Assembly: GCA_963813155.1 (NCBI GenBank)
Contig: CAWEYG010000003.1
Coordinates: 832,001-896,000 of the forward strand
Reading direction: 5' to 3'
DNA from: an uncultured Acidobacteriota bacterium
GTDB taxonomy: Bacteria; Acidobacteriota; Thermoanaerobaculia; UBA5066; DATFVB01
Length of the DNA stretch: 64,000 nucleotides
Part shown: positions 1 through 9,256 of the stretch, piece by piece
Layout of the letters: every line of letters begins with the position of its first letter
Numbering within the stretch: position 1 is the stretch's first letter
Position numbers and translations under genes: made by a program
Notes under the pieces: generated by a model
Told to the model about the DNA's origin: nothing
The model's input: only the letters and a program-made list of their open reading frames with translations
Databases searched by the model: none

Positions 1-1266
1 TCCTCCCGCATCTCCAGATGATGCCAGTCCCATGCATGGGCCTCCAGCGGGAGTCCCATCCTCGCTTCCCAGTTCGACGAACCGTAGGCGAGACCTCCTT
101 CGATCTGGATGAGGATCGACAGAAGCGCCAATACGCCGGTCACGATCAGGTGTGGCCGTCTCATCCGCCTCAATGCCAGAATCGAGGTGAGCGCGAGCAC
201 GGGCAGTATCTCGATCAGGTAGCGCGGCCCGAAACTCCAGCCGCCGGCCCAGCGGGCAAACGAACAGTGGACGAGCGCGTAGGCGATCGCCGCCGCAGAA
301 AAGGTCGCCAGAAGAGGCCGGGCCTTCGCCTGGCGGAAGGCAATCCCCATTCCCGCCAGGCCCACGACCGCCACCGGCGTGTAGAAGAGGAGTCCGCGAT
401 TCGGGCTGAAAAACAGGCCGAGAATGCCGAGCGGAGCGTTGCGCAGAGCGATGTGCGTGGCGCCGTGAACGGTTCCCCCCATGGGATTGTCGAAGTAGTA
501 GAGGTTGTAGAAGAGAAACGGCGCCGCGGCGGCGATCGCGCCCGCTCCGTAGGCCAGCGGCGCCCTCCATCCCCGTCTGCGCCGTATCCCTTTCAGAAGC
601 AAATAGGCGAACCCGGCGGCCGCGAAAATCGCCGCCGCCGGCCGGATGCCGTACAGAAAATCCGAGAAAGACGCCGGCCAAAGCTCCTGAGCGAACCGTC
701 CCGCCCGGCCGAGAGAGGCAGAACAATCCGAGGAGCAGGAACAGCACGTCCGGGCCGTGCTGCCAGAGCTCCTGGCTCGCCACCGCCCACATCGAGGTGC
801 CCAGACCGAATACGAGAGCGACGCCGAGTGCGCGGTACGGGCCCGCCCAGGGAACGAGCATCCGGAAGAGCACCAGTACCGCCGCGGCGCAGATGATCCC
901 GGCGCTCCAGATCTCGGCCGTGGCGGCCACATCGAAGAGATTCCGGGGGGAAGTTCGTTTCTGCAGCGAAAGAACGGCGTAGATGGGGAGGTCGACGGGA
1001 AGCGCGGCGATCGCCGCGCCGATGGGATAGTGGGACATCAGATGCCCGCGCCGGTTCTCGAGATAGCCGACCTCCCGCGTGTCGCGCGAGAATTCTGCCG
1101 AGAACGAGTCCAACGTCACTCGATGGTCACGAAGAATCGCGAAAGGAAGGACCCGCGTACCGAGCGTGTCCCAGCCTTCCGCAACACTCGACACGTCGGC
1201 CGTCGAGACGTAGGCAGCGAGGCAAACGAAGAAGATTGCCACGCCCGAAAGAAAGGGTCGAGTCAC
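1..1266 (-). CDS. Multi-pass membrane glycosyltransferase (GT-C/ArnT-PMT-like); runs off the window edge; one apparent frameshift near 657-660
   Basis: Not in the ORF track. Manual translation from GTG 1266 gives MTRPFLSGVAIFFVCLAAY...SHYPIGAAIAALP...FGLGTSMWAVASQELWQHGP; after a 1-nt shift at an A4 run it continues FLYGIRPAAAIFAAAGFAYLL...AWDWHHLEM. Confidence 0.6.
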   Translation of the reverse strand, partial: MTRPFLSGVAIFFVCLAAYVSTADVSSVAEGWDTLGTRVLPFAILRDHRVTLDSFSAEFSRDTREVGYLENRRGHLMSHYPIGAAIAALPVDLPIYAVLSLQKRTSPRNLFDVAATAEIWSAGIICAAAVLVLFRMLVPWAGPYRALGVALVFGLGTSMWAVASQELWQHGPDVLFLLLGLFCLSRPGGTVRSGALAGVFLGFSVRHPAGGGDFRGRRVRLFASERDTAQTGMEGAAGLRSGRDRRRGAVSLLQPLLLRQSHGGNRSRRHAHRSAQRSARHSRPVFQPESRTPLLHAGGGRGPGGNGDCLPPGEGPASSGDLFCGGDRLRARPLFVCPLGRRLEFRAALPDRDTARARAHLDSGIEADETATPDRDRRIGASVDPHPDRRRSRLRFVELGSEDGTPAGGPCMGLASSGDAGG

Positions 1267-1320
1267 TCGACGAATCGTAACCCGAACCGGGATAGCATCG
1301 CGCGCGCCCGCTTTATCTCT

Positions 1321-2577
1321 TCACGGTACCGGGCCGAACTCGATTTCTGCAGCCGGCACACGGCTTTCATCCTGCAGGACGGCAATGAGGTTCAAAGCCG
1401 ATCCTTCTCGCGCCGGAAGCGCGACGGTCAGGCGGAAGCCGCAACTCTTCGCGTCCGGGACCTCGGGGAATACCGCTGCGACGTCGAGCCGCGGCAGCCG
1501 AGCCCTCGTTCGAGCGACTGTCCGATCGCCCCGGACGAGCTCGACAGCCTCGACCGGGGAGCTCTTCCCGACGACCCATCCCTCCAGATCGACGCTGCGG
1601 GCATCCACGCCGGCGCCGGGTTTCGGGATGTCGATCGATGCCCCGAAAAGCCTCTCCGGAGACCAGGCCGGGACGACTCGAGTCACACGAAGAGCAGTCG
1701 CTCTTTCACTCGCCCGCAAGCGCTCTTCGATTTCGCGGACCGGCGCAGCCGACGGCACAGCCGGACCGGGCCCGAGCTCTCGGTCCGCAATGAGCTCATA
1801 ACATCGCTTGACCATCATCACTCGAATTGTCTCGTCGTACCGCTTTCCCAATCGGCCGAAAATGCGATCGTAGAAAAGGATGTATTGCTCGAGCTTTGCC
1901 CGGCGTTCGATACCGGACCACATTCCTCCTGCGTGCTGGCGATAACAAGCCATCAGGTCGGGAACGTATGCGGCGCGCCCGTTCCGCAGGGCAAGGAGAA
2001 AGAGCGGCCAGTCTCCGAAGGCCATTCTCTCGAACCATTCGGGGACAGGAACGACGCTCTCGCGGCGAATCATCACCGAACAGGTTCGAATGAAATTGCC
2101 CTTCAGCAGGTCTTCGAGGTCGGAAAACGGCGGCTCCTCCGGAGAGTTGGAGTTCCCCAGAGTCCGTCCGTCCGCTTCAGACCAAATCTCAACGTTGTGA
2201 AAGCTGAGCGCACAGTCCGGATGCGTTTCCAGCAGCTGCACCTGGCGCTGCAGCTTGCGGGGATCGGTCCACTTGTCATCACCCTCGATCAACGCAATGT
2301 AGTCCGCGCCGCACGAATCAATGGCCCGGGCGAGCGCCGGCATGTACTTCCCGTTTTCCGTCGCGAGGACAGCGAACAGACGGTCCGGATGAAGGTCCCG
2401 ATACGACTCGACGATTTCTCGCGTGCCGTCGGTCGACAGGTCCTCAAGGACCGTAACATCCCATCGAAAGTCGGCTTCTTGGGCCAGGATGCCGTCGAGT
2501 GCCGCGCGGATGTAAGGGGCGTGGTTGTAAGTCGGAACGATCACGTTGACACGGACTTCAGATGAACCGCGGATCAC
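1321..2577 (-). CDS. GT2 glycosyltransferase with C-terminal Ig-like domain
   Basis: VIVPTYNHAPYI, EDLSTDGT, EGDD and YRQH GT2 motifs; C-terminal IDIP...EGWVVG...RLDVAAVFP...GF module. Confidence 0.85.
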   Translation of the reverse strand: MIRGSSEVRVNVIVPTYNHAPYIRAALDGILAQEADFRWDVTVLEDLSTDGTREIVESYRDLHPDRLFAVLATENGKYMPALARAIDSCGADYIALIEGDDKWTDPRKLQRQVQLLETHPDCALSFHNVEIWSEADGRTLGNSNSPEEPPFSDLEDLLKGNFIRTCSVMIRRESVVPVPEWFERMAFGDWPLFLLALRNGRAAYVPDLMACYRQHAGGMWSGIERRAKLEQYILFYDRIFGRLGKRYDETIRVMMVKRCYELIADRELGPGPAVPSAAPVREIEERLRASERATALRVTRVVPAWSPERLFGASIDIPKPGAGVDARSVDLEGWVVGKSSPVEAVELVRGDRTVARTRARLPRLDVAAVFPEVPDAKSCGFRLTVALPAREGSALNLIAVLQDESRVPAAEIEFGPVP

Positions 2578-3776
2578 GGCTCGATTTCCCGGGTCAGGAG
2601 CTCCCGAGAGCCCAGGATCAACCTCAGAAATTCAGCCACTCGCTCCACCGTTGAATCGCGCAAGTCCCCTCCCGTCGGAAGGCAAAGGACCCGGCTCGCG
2701 AGACTCTCCGTTTCCGGAAGGCCCCAGCCGGCCAGCGGAGTATTCGATCGATACGGCTCCATACGATGGCAACCTGGATAGAAGTACCTTCGAGCCCGAA
2801 CGTTTTCTGCCCAGAGAGCCTCTTGAACGCGATCACGACCAATACCGCCGAAATCATCAATCTCGAGGACGGAGTATTGATGGTTCGACTTTTCGCCTTC
2901 CGGGAAATCAAGCATCTTCACCCCCGGAATGCCGGAGACTGCCCGACGGTAGATCGCCCCGTGAGACCGATTGTTTGCAATGAAATCGCCGAGACGAGGA
3001 ATCGCGGCCATTCCCATCGCCGCGGACACCTCGTTCATTTTTCCGTTGGTCCCGAGCACCGAGACGCGATCATAGCCGGAAAAGCCGAAATTCCTAACGA
3101 GGCGAACCTTTTCCGCGAGCGCATCGTCGTTGGTCGCGATCGCCCCACCTTCCAATGTGTTAAAAAACTTCGTCGCGTGAAAGCTGAAGACCTCCGCGTC
3201 GCCAAAGCCGCCAATCATTTTTCCCCGGTGCGACGTCTCGAAGGCGTGCGCGGCGTCGAAGAAAAGCAGCAGTCCTCTCGCCCGCGCGATTCGCTCGAGC
3301 TCCTCGACAGCGGAGGGACGGCCCCAGAGATGGACGGCGAGAATCGCCGAGGTTCGACTGGTGACGCGCCGCTCGACGTCGGAAGGATCGACGTTGTGCG
3401 TCTCGGCCAAGACGTCGGCGAACGCCACGGAGAGCCCCTGCCAGGCCACGGCGTGCGCTGTGGCGACGAACGTGAACGACGGAAGGATGACCTCTCCCTT
3501 CGCGCCGGCGGCAGCGAAAAGAATCTGAAGAGCAACCGTGGCGTTGCAGACGGCGATGCAATTCCGGACCCCCAGGCGATCGGCCAATACTGCTTCGAAC
3601 CGCTGGACGACCGGGCCATCGTTGGTAAGCCAGCGGCGATCCAGGATCTCCCCGACCGACTCGAGAAACACCTCTCGGTCACCGATATTCGGCCGGCCGA
3701 CGTGCAGAGGCTCGTCGAAAAGTGGACGACCTCCGAACAACGCAAGGTCCTCCCGCCGGAGTTTCGCAGGCATCAC
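2574..3776 (-). CDS. DegT/DnrJ/EryC1/StrS sugar aminotransferase (DesI/VioA-like)
   Basis: FTFVATAHA, FFDAAHAF and FSFHATKFFNTLEGG (PLP lysine) motifs. Confidence 0.9.
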   Translation of the reverse strand: MMPAKLRREDLALFGGRPLFDEPLHVGRPNIGDREVFLESVGEILDRRWLTNDGPVVQRFEAVLADRLGVRNCIAVCNATVALQILFAAAGAKGEVILPSFTFVATAHAVAWQGLSVAFADVLAETHNVDPSDVERRVTSRTSAILAVHLWGRPSAVEELERIARARGLLLFFDAAHAFETSHRGKMIGGFGDAEVFSFHATKFFNTLEGGAIATNDDALAEKVRLVRNFGFSGYDRVSVLGTNGKMNEVSAAMGMAAIPRLGDFIANNRSHGAIYRRAVSGIPGVKMLDFPEGEKSNHQYSVLEIDDFGGIGRDRVQEALWAENVRARRYFYPGCHRMEPYRSNTPLAGWGLPETESLASRVLCLPTGGDLRDSTVERVAEFLRLILGSRELLTREIEP

Positions 3777-3798
3777 TTCAACGGCTCAAGAGGATAAT

Positions 3799-4425
3799 CT
3801 ACCGATACACATATGCCGTGTACTCGTACAGGCCGTAGTCGCTCCGAAAGACATAATGGCGGCTGAGCTCGCTTCTCACGAATGCCGCCAAAGTGTCGAA
3901 AGGAAGGTGAAAAAGATCCTCTCGCTCCCAATCGACGTGCTTCGACATGACGTTGAAAGCCAGCCCCGTCCTCACGGCCGGCCAGAGCCGGACGAGCGCC
4001 CTTTGCACGAATTCCCACATCTCGTCGAAGGAAAGGTCGAGCTTCTCGGTGAAGACGCCGTTGGCAACGACATAGTCGAAAACCGGCAGGGGCTCGGTCC
4101 CCACGAGGATGTCTTGCTGAGAAAAACGAATTTCCGGGTATTTCGCCCGCGCGACGGCGAGAAAGCTCTCCGACACGTCGAGGCCTTCGTATTCGATTCC
4201 GGCGATGTCCCTTTCGCGCAGGAAGTCGAGCATTTGCGCCGTTCCACAGCCGAAGTCGAGCAGCCGGACCGGTCGGGGATCTGCAGGTCGGACAACGCCG
4301 ATCATTGCTCCGTGCGCGAGGTCTGCCTGCCGTCGTGAGGTGCGATCGACGCCCGCGGGAGTATCGCCGAACCTCTCGAGGCAGGATTCATAATGTGTCG
4401 CGAGGCGAGCGTATTTCGAACTCAC
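3799..4425 (-). CDS. Class I SAM-dependent methyltransferase
   Basis: LLDFGCGTA motif I, YEGLDVS and FDYVVANGVF. Confidence 0.88.
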   Translation of the reverse strand: MSSKYARLATHYESCLERFGDTPAGVDRTSRRQADLAHGAMIGVVRPADPRPVRLLDFGCGTAQMLDFLRERDIAGIEYEGLDVSESFLAVARAKYPEIRFSQQDILVGTEPLPVFDYVVANGVFTEKLDLSFDEMWEFVQRALVRLWPAVRTGLAFNVMSKHVDWEREDLFHLPFDTLAAFVRSELSRHYVFRSDYGLYEYTAYVYR

Positions 4426-4429
4426 GAGA

Positions 4430-5491
4430 TCATCTTAGCGAATCCGCCACCCGCGCAACCACGTCCGCCACGTACAGCATGTCCTCGGCGTTGTATCGCT
4501 GATCACAGGGCAAGGTCAGGATTTCGGAGGAAAGCAGATGGCTTTCGCGAAACTCTTCGGGGACGATGCCCGCAATCGGCCAGTGGATCGGAGGATAGAT
4601 TCCGGCCGCAAAACAACGGTCGAGCACCTCGTCGCGGTTGCGCACGCGGATCGGAAAGCCGAGCGGAACCGATTTCTCCTCGAGACGCGGGAACACGGAA
4701 AGCGAACCCAGGTGTGCGGCGAGCACCTCAAGATTTTCGCGCCGACGCTGGCCGATGGAGACGTAGTCGATCCCCGAGAAGAGCAGATCCCGCGAAACAT
4801 CGCTCATGGAATAGGCGCCGATCGGCGCGTTCTCCTCGACGCTCTGAAAAGCGTCGAACCAGTCCCGATCCCCACCCTCACGATCGAATTTCGCGCGACA
4901 CGACGCGGCACTGAGAGACTTCTGCCACCATTCCGCGGGAGGAGGCGCTAGATGTGTCCGGCCGCCGCCAAAGTTCTTGCCGATAAAGAGCACGCCTCCA
5001 TCGGGGACTCCGAGAAACTTGCGAGGGCTGAACAGCCGAAAATCCGCCCCTGGCGTTGCAGTTGACAGAAGGGACTGACAGGCATCTTCGACAACGATCG
5101 CACCGCGGCTCCGGGCTATCGCGAAGAGATCCGGGTCCGACGGTATCCCGAAATAGTCGATGAAGAGCACGACCTCGCCCGGTTGGACGCGCCCGATCCA
5201 ATCTTCGGGAGCGACCCTTAACTGTCGATTGACCGGATAGAATCGTGCCGGAACAGAACTCTTCCGTACGGAATCCACGACTGCGGAGCAAAGGTAAGAC
5301 GGAAGCCAGACCGCTGGCGGCGCCACGCGTTCGAGGAGCGAGGCGAAGGCCGATCGGGCGTTGACGAACAGCTCGTGAGGCTGTCTCAGAAACTCCGGCT
5401 CCGGGCCCGCCGTACTGGCAGGAGCTTCCAGGCCGAACATTCCACCGACGATCCGATCCCGCTGTTCCAAAGGCCCCGTTACCGCGTCCAT
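4430..5491 (-). CDS. Divergent DegT-family PLP-dependent aminotransferase-like protein
   Basis: IVGGMFGLE, WLPSYLC, EDACQ, FSPRKFLGVPDGG and LTLPCDQRY; start moved to ATG 5491. Confidence 0.75.
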   Translation of the reverse strand: MDAVTGPLEQRDRIVGGMFGLEAPASTAGPEPEFLRQPHELFVNARSAFASLLERVAPPAVWLPSYLCSAVVDSVRKSSVPARFYPVNRQLRVAPEDWIGRVQPGEVVLFIDYFGIPSDPDLFAIARSRGAIVVEDACQSLLSTATPGADFRLFSPRKFLGVPDGGVLFIGKNFGGGRTHLAPPPAEWWQKSLSAASCRAKFDREGGDRDWFDAFQSVEENAPIGAYSMSDVSRDLLFSGIDYVSIGQRRRENLEVLAAHLGSLSVFPRLEEKSVPLGFPIRVRNRDEVLDRCFAAGIYPPIHWPIAGIVPEEFRESHLLSSEILTLPCDQRYNAEDMLYVADVVARVADSLR

Positions 5492-5501
5492 GTTCGTTCG
5501 C

Positions 5502-6422
5502 TCACGAAATCTCGCCCGAACGATATGCCGGGAAGTACTCCGGCCGAGGCATCGACGTCGATTTGACGAGCTGTTCATACTTCCTGCGGTTCAGGACGCG
5601 GCCGCAAAAATATGCCATCCGGGTTCCGGTCGCCCAACCCCTCTTGAAAGAGGCCAAGCCACCGCCTTCATCGGATAAACCGGCTTCCCCTCCGAGATCC
5701 AGCCAACGAGTCAGGCCGCCGAAGTGTTCGATGGCGGCCCCCATCAGCGCATAAGCGGCTCGAGTTTGATATCCACGATCGGTCACCGCTGTCAGGTGAC
5801 TGTAAGCGACCTCTCCATTCGTCATCCACAAGTGCGCGCCGACGACCTGATTCTCTTCGAGTGCCCGGAACATCACGAGGCCCGGAACCCGCAACTGCCT
5901 TTCGAAGGACGAGGCCGAGAACCGGGCGGCACCTCGGATGGCACGGCGAAGAACGAGTTGAGCATAGAGGGTAGACCACTCTTCCACGAACGAAATCGGG
6001 GATGGGGCCATCTCGACGTGGATCTTTTGAGCTGCGCGCCGAGCATAATAACGGTGATGACTCGAACCCGGGAGAGCACGGCCGCGCTGCAGGTCCACGA
6101 CATAATGCTTCTTGAACGGGAGAACGAGATCCGGGAAGGCGTCGTGAAGAAGCAGCTCGTCGTAGGCTCCGAATGGATCTGCGACCAGACCCACGCTCAC
6201 GAACCCGGTACCGAGAAGCTCTAGATCCCTCGGAAGGTTCGACCAGTTTTCGCAACAAAAGAGCGGATAGCAGCCGGTTGCATCGACATCGCTCGTGCTT
6301 TCGATCGGGCGCTCGAGGATCCAGCCGCCGCTCAACGGGAGGCAACGGGGTGTGCCAAACTCCGTGAGCGAATTCGCGTAGTCGGCATGAAGGTATCCAG
6401 CCGCTCCCGAAGCCACCTTCAC
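5502..6422 (-). CDS. GNAT/FemAB-like acyltransferase
   Basis: AYSHLTA, WLDLGGEAG and GLASFKRGW are typical of FemAB-like GNATs; GTG 6422 overlaps the upstream TGA (GTGA). Confidence 0.75.
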   Translation of the reverse strand: MKVASGAAGYLHADYANSLTEFGTPRCLPLSGGWILERPIESTSDVDATGCYPLFCCENWSNLPRDLELLGTGFVSVGLVADPFGAYDELLLHDAFPDLVLPFKKHYVVDLQRGRALPGSSHHRYYARRAAQKIHVEMAPSPISFVEEWSTLYAQLVLRRAIRGAARFSASSFERQLRVPGLVMFRALEENQVVGAHLWMTNGEVAYSHLTAVTDRGYQTRAAYALMGAAIEHFGGLTRWLDLGGEAGLSDEGGGLASFKRGWATGTRMAYFCGRVLNRRKYEQLVKSTSMPRPEYFPAYRSGEIS

Positions 6423-7713
6423 TGCCTGACCCGCGCCGACCGCGCTCCCCGGCCCCTCCAGAGTCCCTCCGGGTAGTAACGAAAGAGCTCGAACGCCTCC
6501 CTCAGAACAGCTTTCCAGTCCCTGCGCCAGAAGGCTGACTCCAGACTCTCCGCAAGCTGTCCCCCGAAATGCTCGCGATAGAAATGAAGACCGGCGCGGT
6601 AGGCTTCGCGCGCAAGAGGACGCGAGCGAACGAATTTTCTTTCCGAATGGAGCACGGCCAGAACCTGGGACAGCATCAAGCCGGCGTTTCGGCTCATATT
6701 CGTTCCGTGCCGCCGGTATTCGACGACAGTCCGGTGATGGCAGAGGATCGAATGTGACCGGGAAGCACGCAAATAGAGATCGTAGTCGGCACACGCGTCC
6801 CAGGCGCTGTTGAAAATCCCGACGTCCCGAAACACGGACCGGCGAAAGAGAACGGCGCCGCACGTCGGAATGTAGTTCTCTCGGAGGAGCTCTTCGAACG
6901 GTTCGCCGGCGAGCGCGTGCTCCTTTCTCTCCCAGAGGACTTTCCCGTTCAGCGCAATGTCCCGATGGTGCCCGGAAACCAGCACGCATTGCGGGTTCGC
7001 GCGAAATGTCGCGAGCCCCGCCTCGATGGCATCCGATAACAGGCGATCATCCGCGTCGAGGAAGACGAGAAACTCTCCGGTGGTCTCCCGGATGCCCGTG
7101 TTGCGCGCCGCCGCCAAACCGGCGTTCGTCTGGCGGACGTAGCGGACCCCCGGAAAGCCCGCGACGACCGCCGAGGTATTGTCGGTCGAACCGTCGTCGA
7201 CGACGAGAACCTCGAGCCGGTCGTGGCTCTGGGCAAGGACACTTTCGATCGCCTCTCCGAGAAAATGGGCCTGATCGAAGCAGGGAATCACGACCGAAAC
7301 GAGAGGGCCTTCGGAATCGGCGCCATCCGCCGACGGTCGATACTCCACATCCACCGCGGCGAAGGGAATTCGCTGCTGATCCTGGCGAACCGCCCTCAGT
7401 TCGAAATGGAGATCCTTCCCTGCCAGACAGCTCAGCGTCTCGTCGAACCCGAAGCCGATGTCCTGCGCGCGCGGGGCGTTCGGGTACACCGCTCCCGCAT
7501 CCGCTCGCCCGCGGAGCCTGGCGCGCTTCCGCACGAGCCCTCGTGAACGATTTCGAGCGCCACCGCCGGAAGTCCTCGAGTCAAGACCCAACCCTGGAAG
7601 GACAGGGTGCTCCCTTCCACCCGCGCACCCTTGCGGGGGGCGTCGACCGAACAACCGATCAGGAAATTCCCGGTTGGAAGCATCGAGACGTCGAGGACCT
7701 CGGTATGACCCAT
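6419..7713 (-). CDS. GT2 glycosyltransferase with N-terminal Ig-like domain; apparent frameshift near 7535
   Basis: The N-terminus (SVDAP...FQGWVL) is in ORF 7432..7713 and the rest (VSVVIPCFDQ, VVDDGSTD, FLDADD) in ORF 6419..7654. Confidence 0.8.
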
Positions 7714-7714
7714 T

Positions 7715-8983
7715 TCAGGTCCAGAGCCAGCGCAGACTCTTCGGATCGTAAGCGACGATGCCCTTCAGCCCGGCCAGCGCTCGCTTCCAGGAGCCGCTCC
7801 GAAGCGACTCCCGGACGAGAAGCGCCACGCTCCTTCCCGTCGTCGATCGCACGTGGATCACTCCCTGGCGCAGCGCCGCTCGGTGTCCCGCGTTTCGCCT
7901 CACGTTCGACGCCTGCGACCGAAGGATCCGGCGCGCCTCCTTCAACCTTTGAATCGGATCGGCGCCCGCACTCGACTCGCGAAGGCAGGAATCGGCGATC
8001 AATCCATGATGGCAGGCGAACGGGAAAACACGAGCCGCGCGGAGGAAGAGATCGTAGTCCGCCAACTCCGTCTCGAAAGTCTCGAAGTTCCCGACCGAGG
8101 CGAACAGATCGCGTCGATACAACACGGCGGCGCTGGTCCCCACGAAGTCTCGGCGGAGGAACGCCTCGTAGGCATCCCGTTCAACGCAGGCCGTTTCCGG
8201 CGTCACGAGCACACCCCCGTCCGCAGAGAGCAGCCGGCGGTGGCCGGCGACAAAGGCGCACTCCGGATGCTCCCGAAACGCTGCCAGTCCGCGCTCGATC
8301 GCGCCCGGAAGAAGGAGTTCGTTCGCGTCCAGAAACGCGAGGTAATCGCCTTTCGTCTCCCGAATTCCGCGGTTTCGGGCGGCCCCTCGCCCCCGATTCG
8401 TCTCCCGAACGCATCGGACCCCGGGGAAGCCGCTGACGACCTCCGAGGCGCGTTCGAGCGACCCTCCGTCGACGACCACGATTTCCACGTCGGGATATGT
8501 CTGGGCGACGACACTCTCAATCGCTGTACGAAGGCCCTGCGCTTCATCCAGGCACGGAATGATCACCGAGACGAGGGGCGCCTTCTCGCCGCCGGGCGAC
8601 TGTCTCCATCGGGTCTCGACGCCGATCGTGCCGATCAGAACCCGCCGGTGATCGCGAAGCACCGCATGAACGAGAAGATCCGTGGCTCGGGAATCGAGAA
8701 GGCTCACGGTCGTCCGAAAGCCGCTGTGCTCGGCGTCCGGGATTCCGGGAAATTCGACTGCGAGATCCTTCCGCACGACGTTGAGCCGGACCCGCTCGAG
8801 CACGATACCCTCGGAAGACACCTCGGCTCCGATCGCCTCGCTGTCTTTTCCGAGCGCCCATCCCTCGATGTCGATGGCCCGCTGATCGCACCGAAACCCT
8901 ACCTGCGGAAAATCGACTCCACCCCCCCGGATCTCGGTCCACGGTCTCGCCAGTGCCACCCGTCTGACCTCGAGGAGAGCCAT
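7715..8983 (-). CDS. GT2 glycosyltransferase with N-terminal Ig-like domain
   Basis: VDFP...IEGWALG...RKDLAVEFP...GF module followed by VSVIIPC, VVDGGS and FLDANE. Confidence 0.85.
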   Translation of the reverse strand: MALLEVRRVALARPWTEIRGGGVDFPQVGFRCDQRAIDIEGWALGKDSEAIGAEVSSEGIVLERVRLNVVRKDLAVEFPGIPDAEHSGFRTTVSLLDSRATDLLVHAVLRDHRRVLIGTIGVETRWRQSPGGEKAPLVSVIIPCLDEAQGLRTAIESVVAQTYPDVEIVVVDGGSLERASEVVSGFPGVRCVRETNRGRGAARNRGIRETKGDYLAFLDANELLLPGAIERGLAAFREHPECAFVAGHRRLLSADGGVLVTPETACVERDAYEAFLRRDFVGTSAAVLYRRDLFASVGNFETFETELADYDLFLRAARVFPFACHHGLIADSCLRESSAGADPIQRLKEARRILRSQASNVRRNAGHRAALRQGVIHVRSTTGRSVALLVRESLRSGSWKRALAGLKGIVAYDPKSLRWLWT

Positions 8984-9256
8984 GATCAGGCCTCGGCTCG
9001 ATAGACGAAGTCCGGGGAGTCCGGAAGAACACCAACGACACCCGTGCGAGCGGGGGCGGAAGCAGACAGCAAACTCACGAAGGCGCTCATTCTAACAAAA
9101 CGTTTATGTTGGCGGCCCAGGGAACATCTTCATCGCGTGGCCTTGAGCGCTGACGGTCCTCCGCATGCTAGAATTCTGCGAGTTCCGGAGAAATATCGGC
9201 TGTTTTCGTTTCAATCTGAGGGCGGTTCAAATCTGAGCAACGAACCAGAAGAGCGG

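Noticed and set aside
8984-9256. Divergent intergenic region examined for a riboswitch or ops/JUMPStart element
   Set aside because: No recognisable conserved motif or convincing structure.
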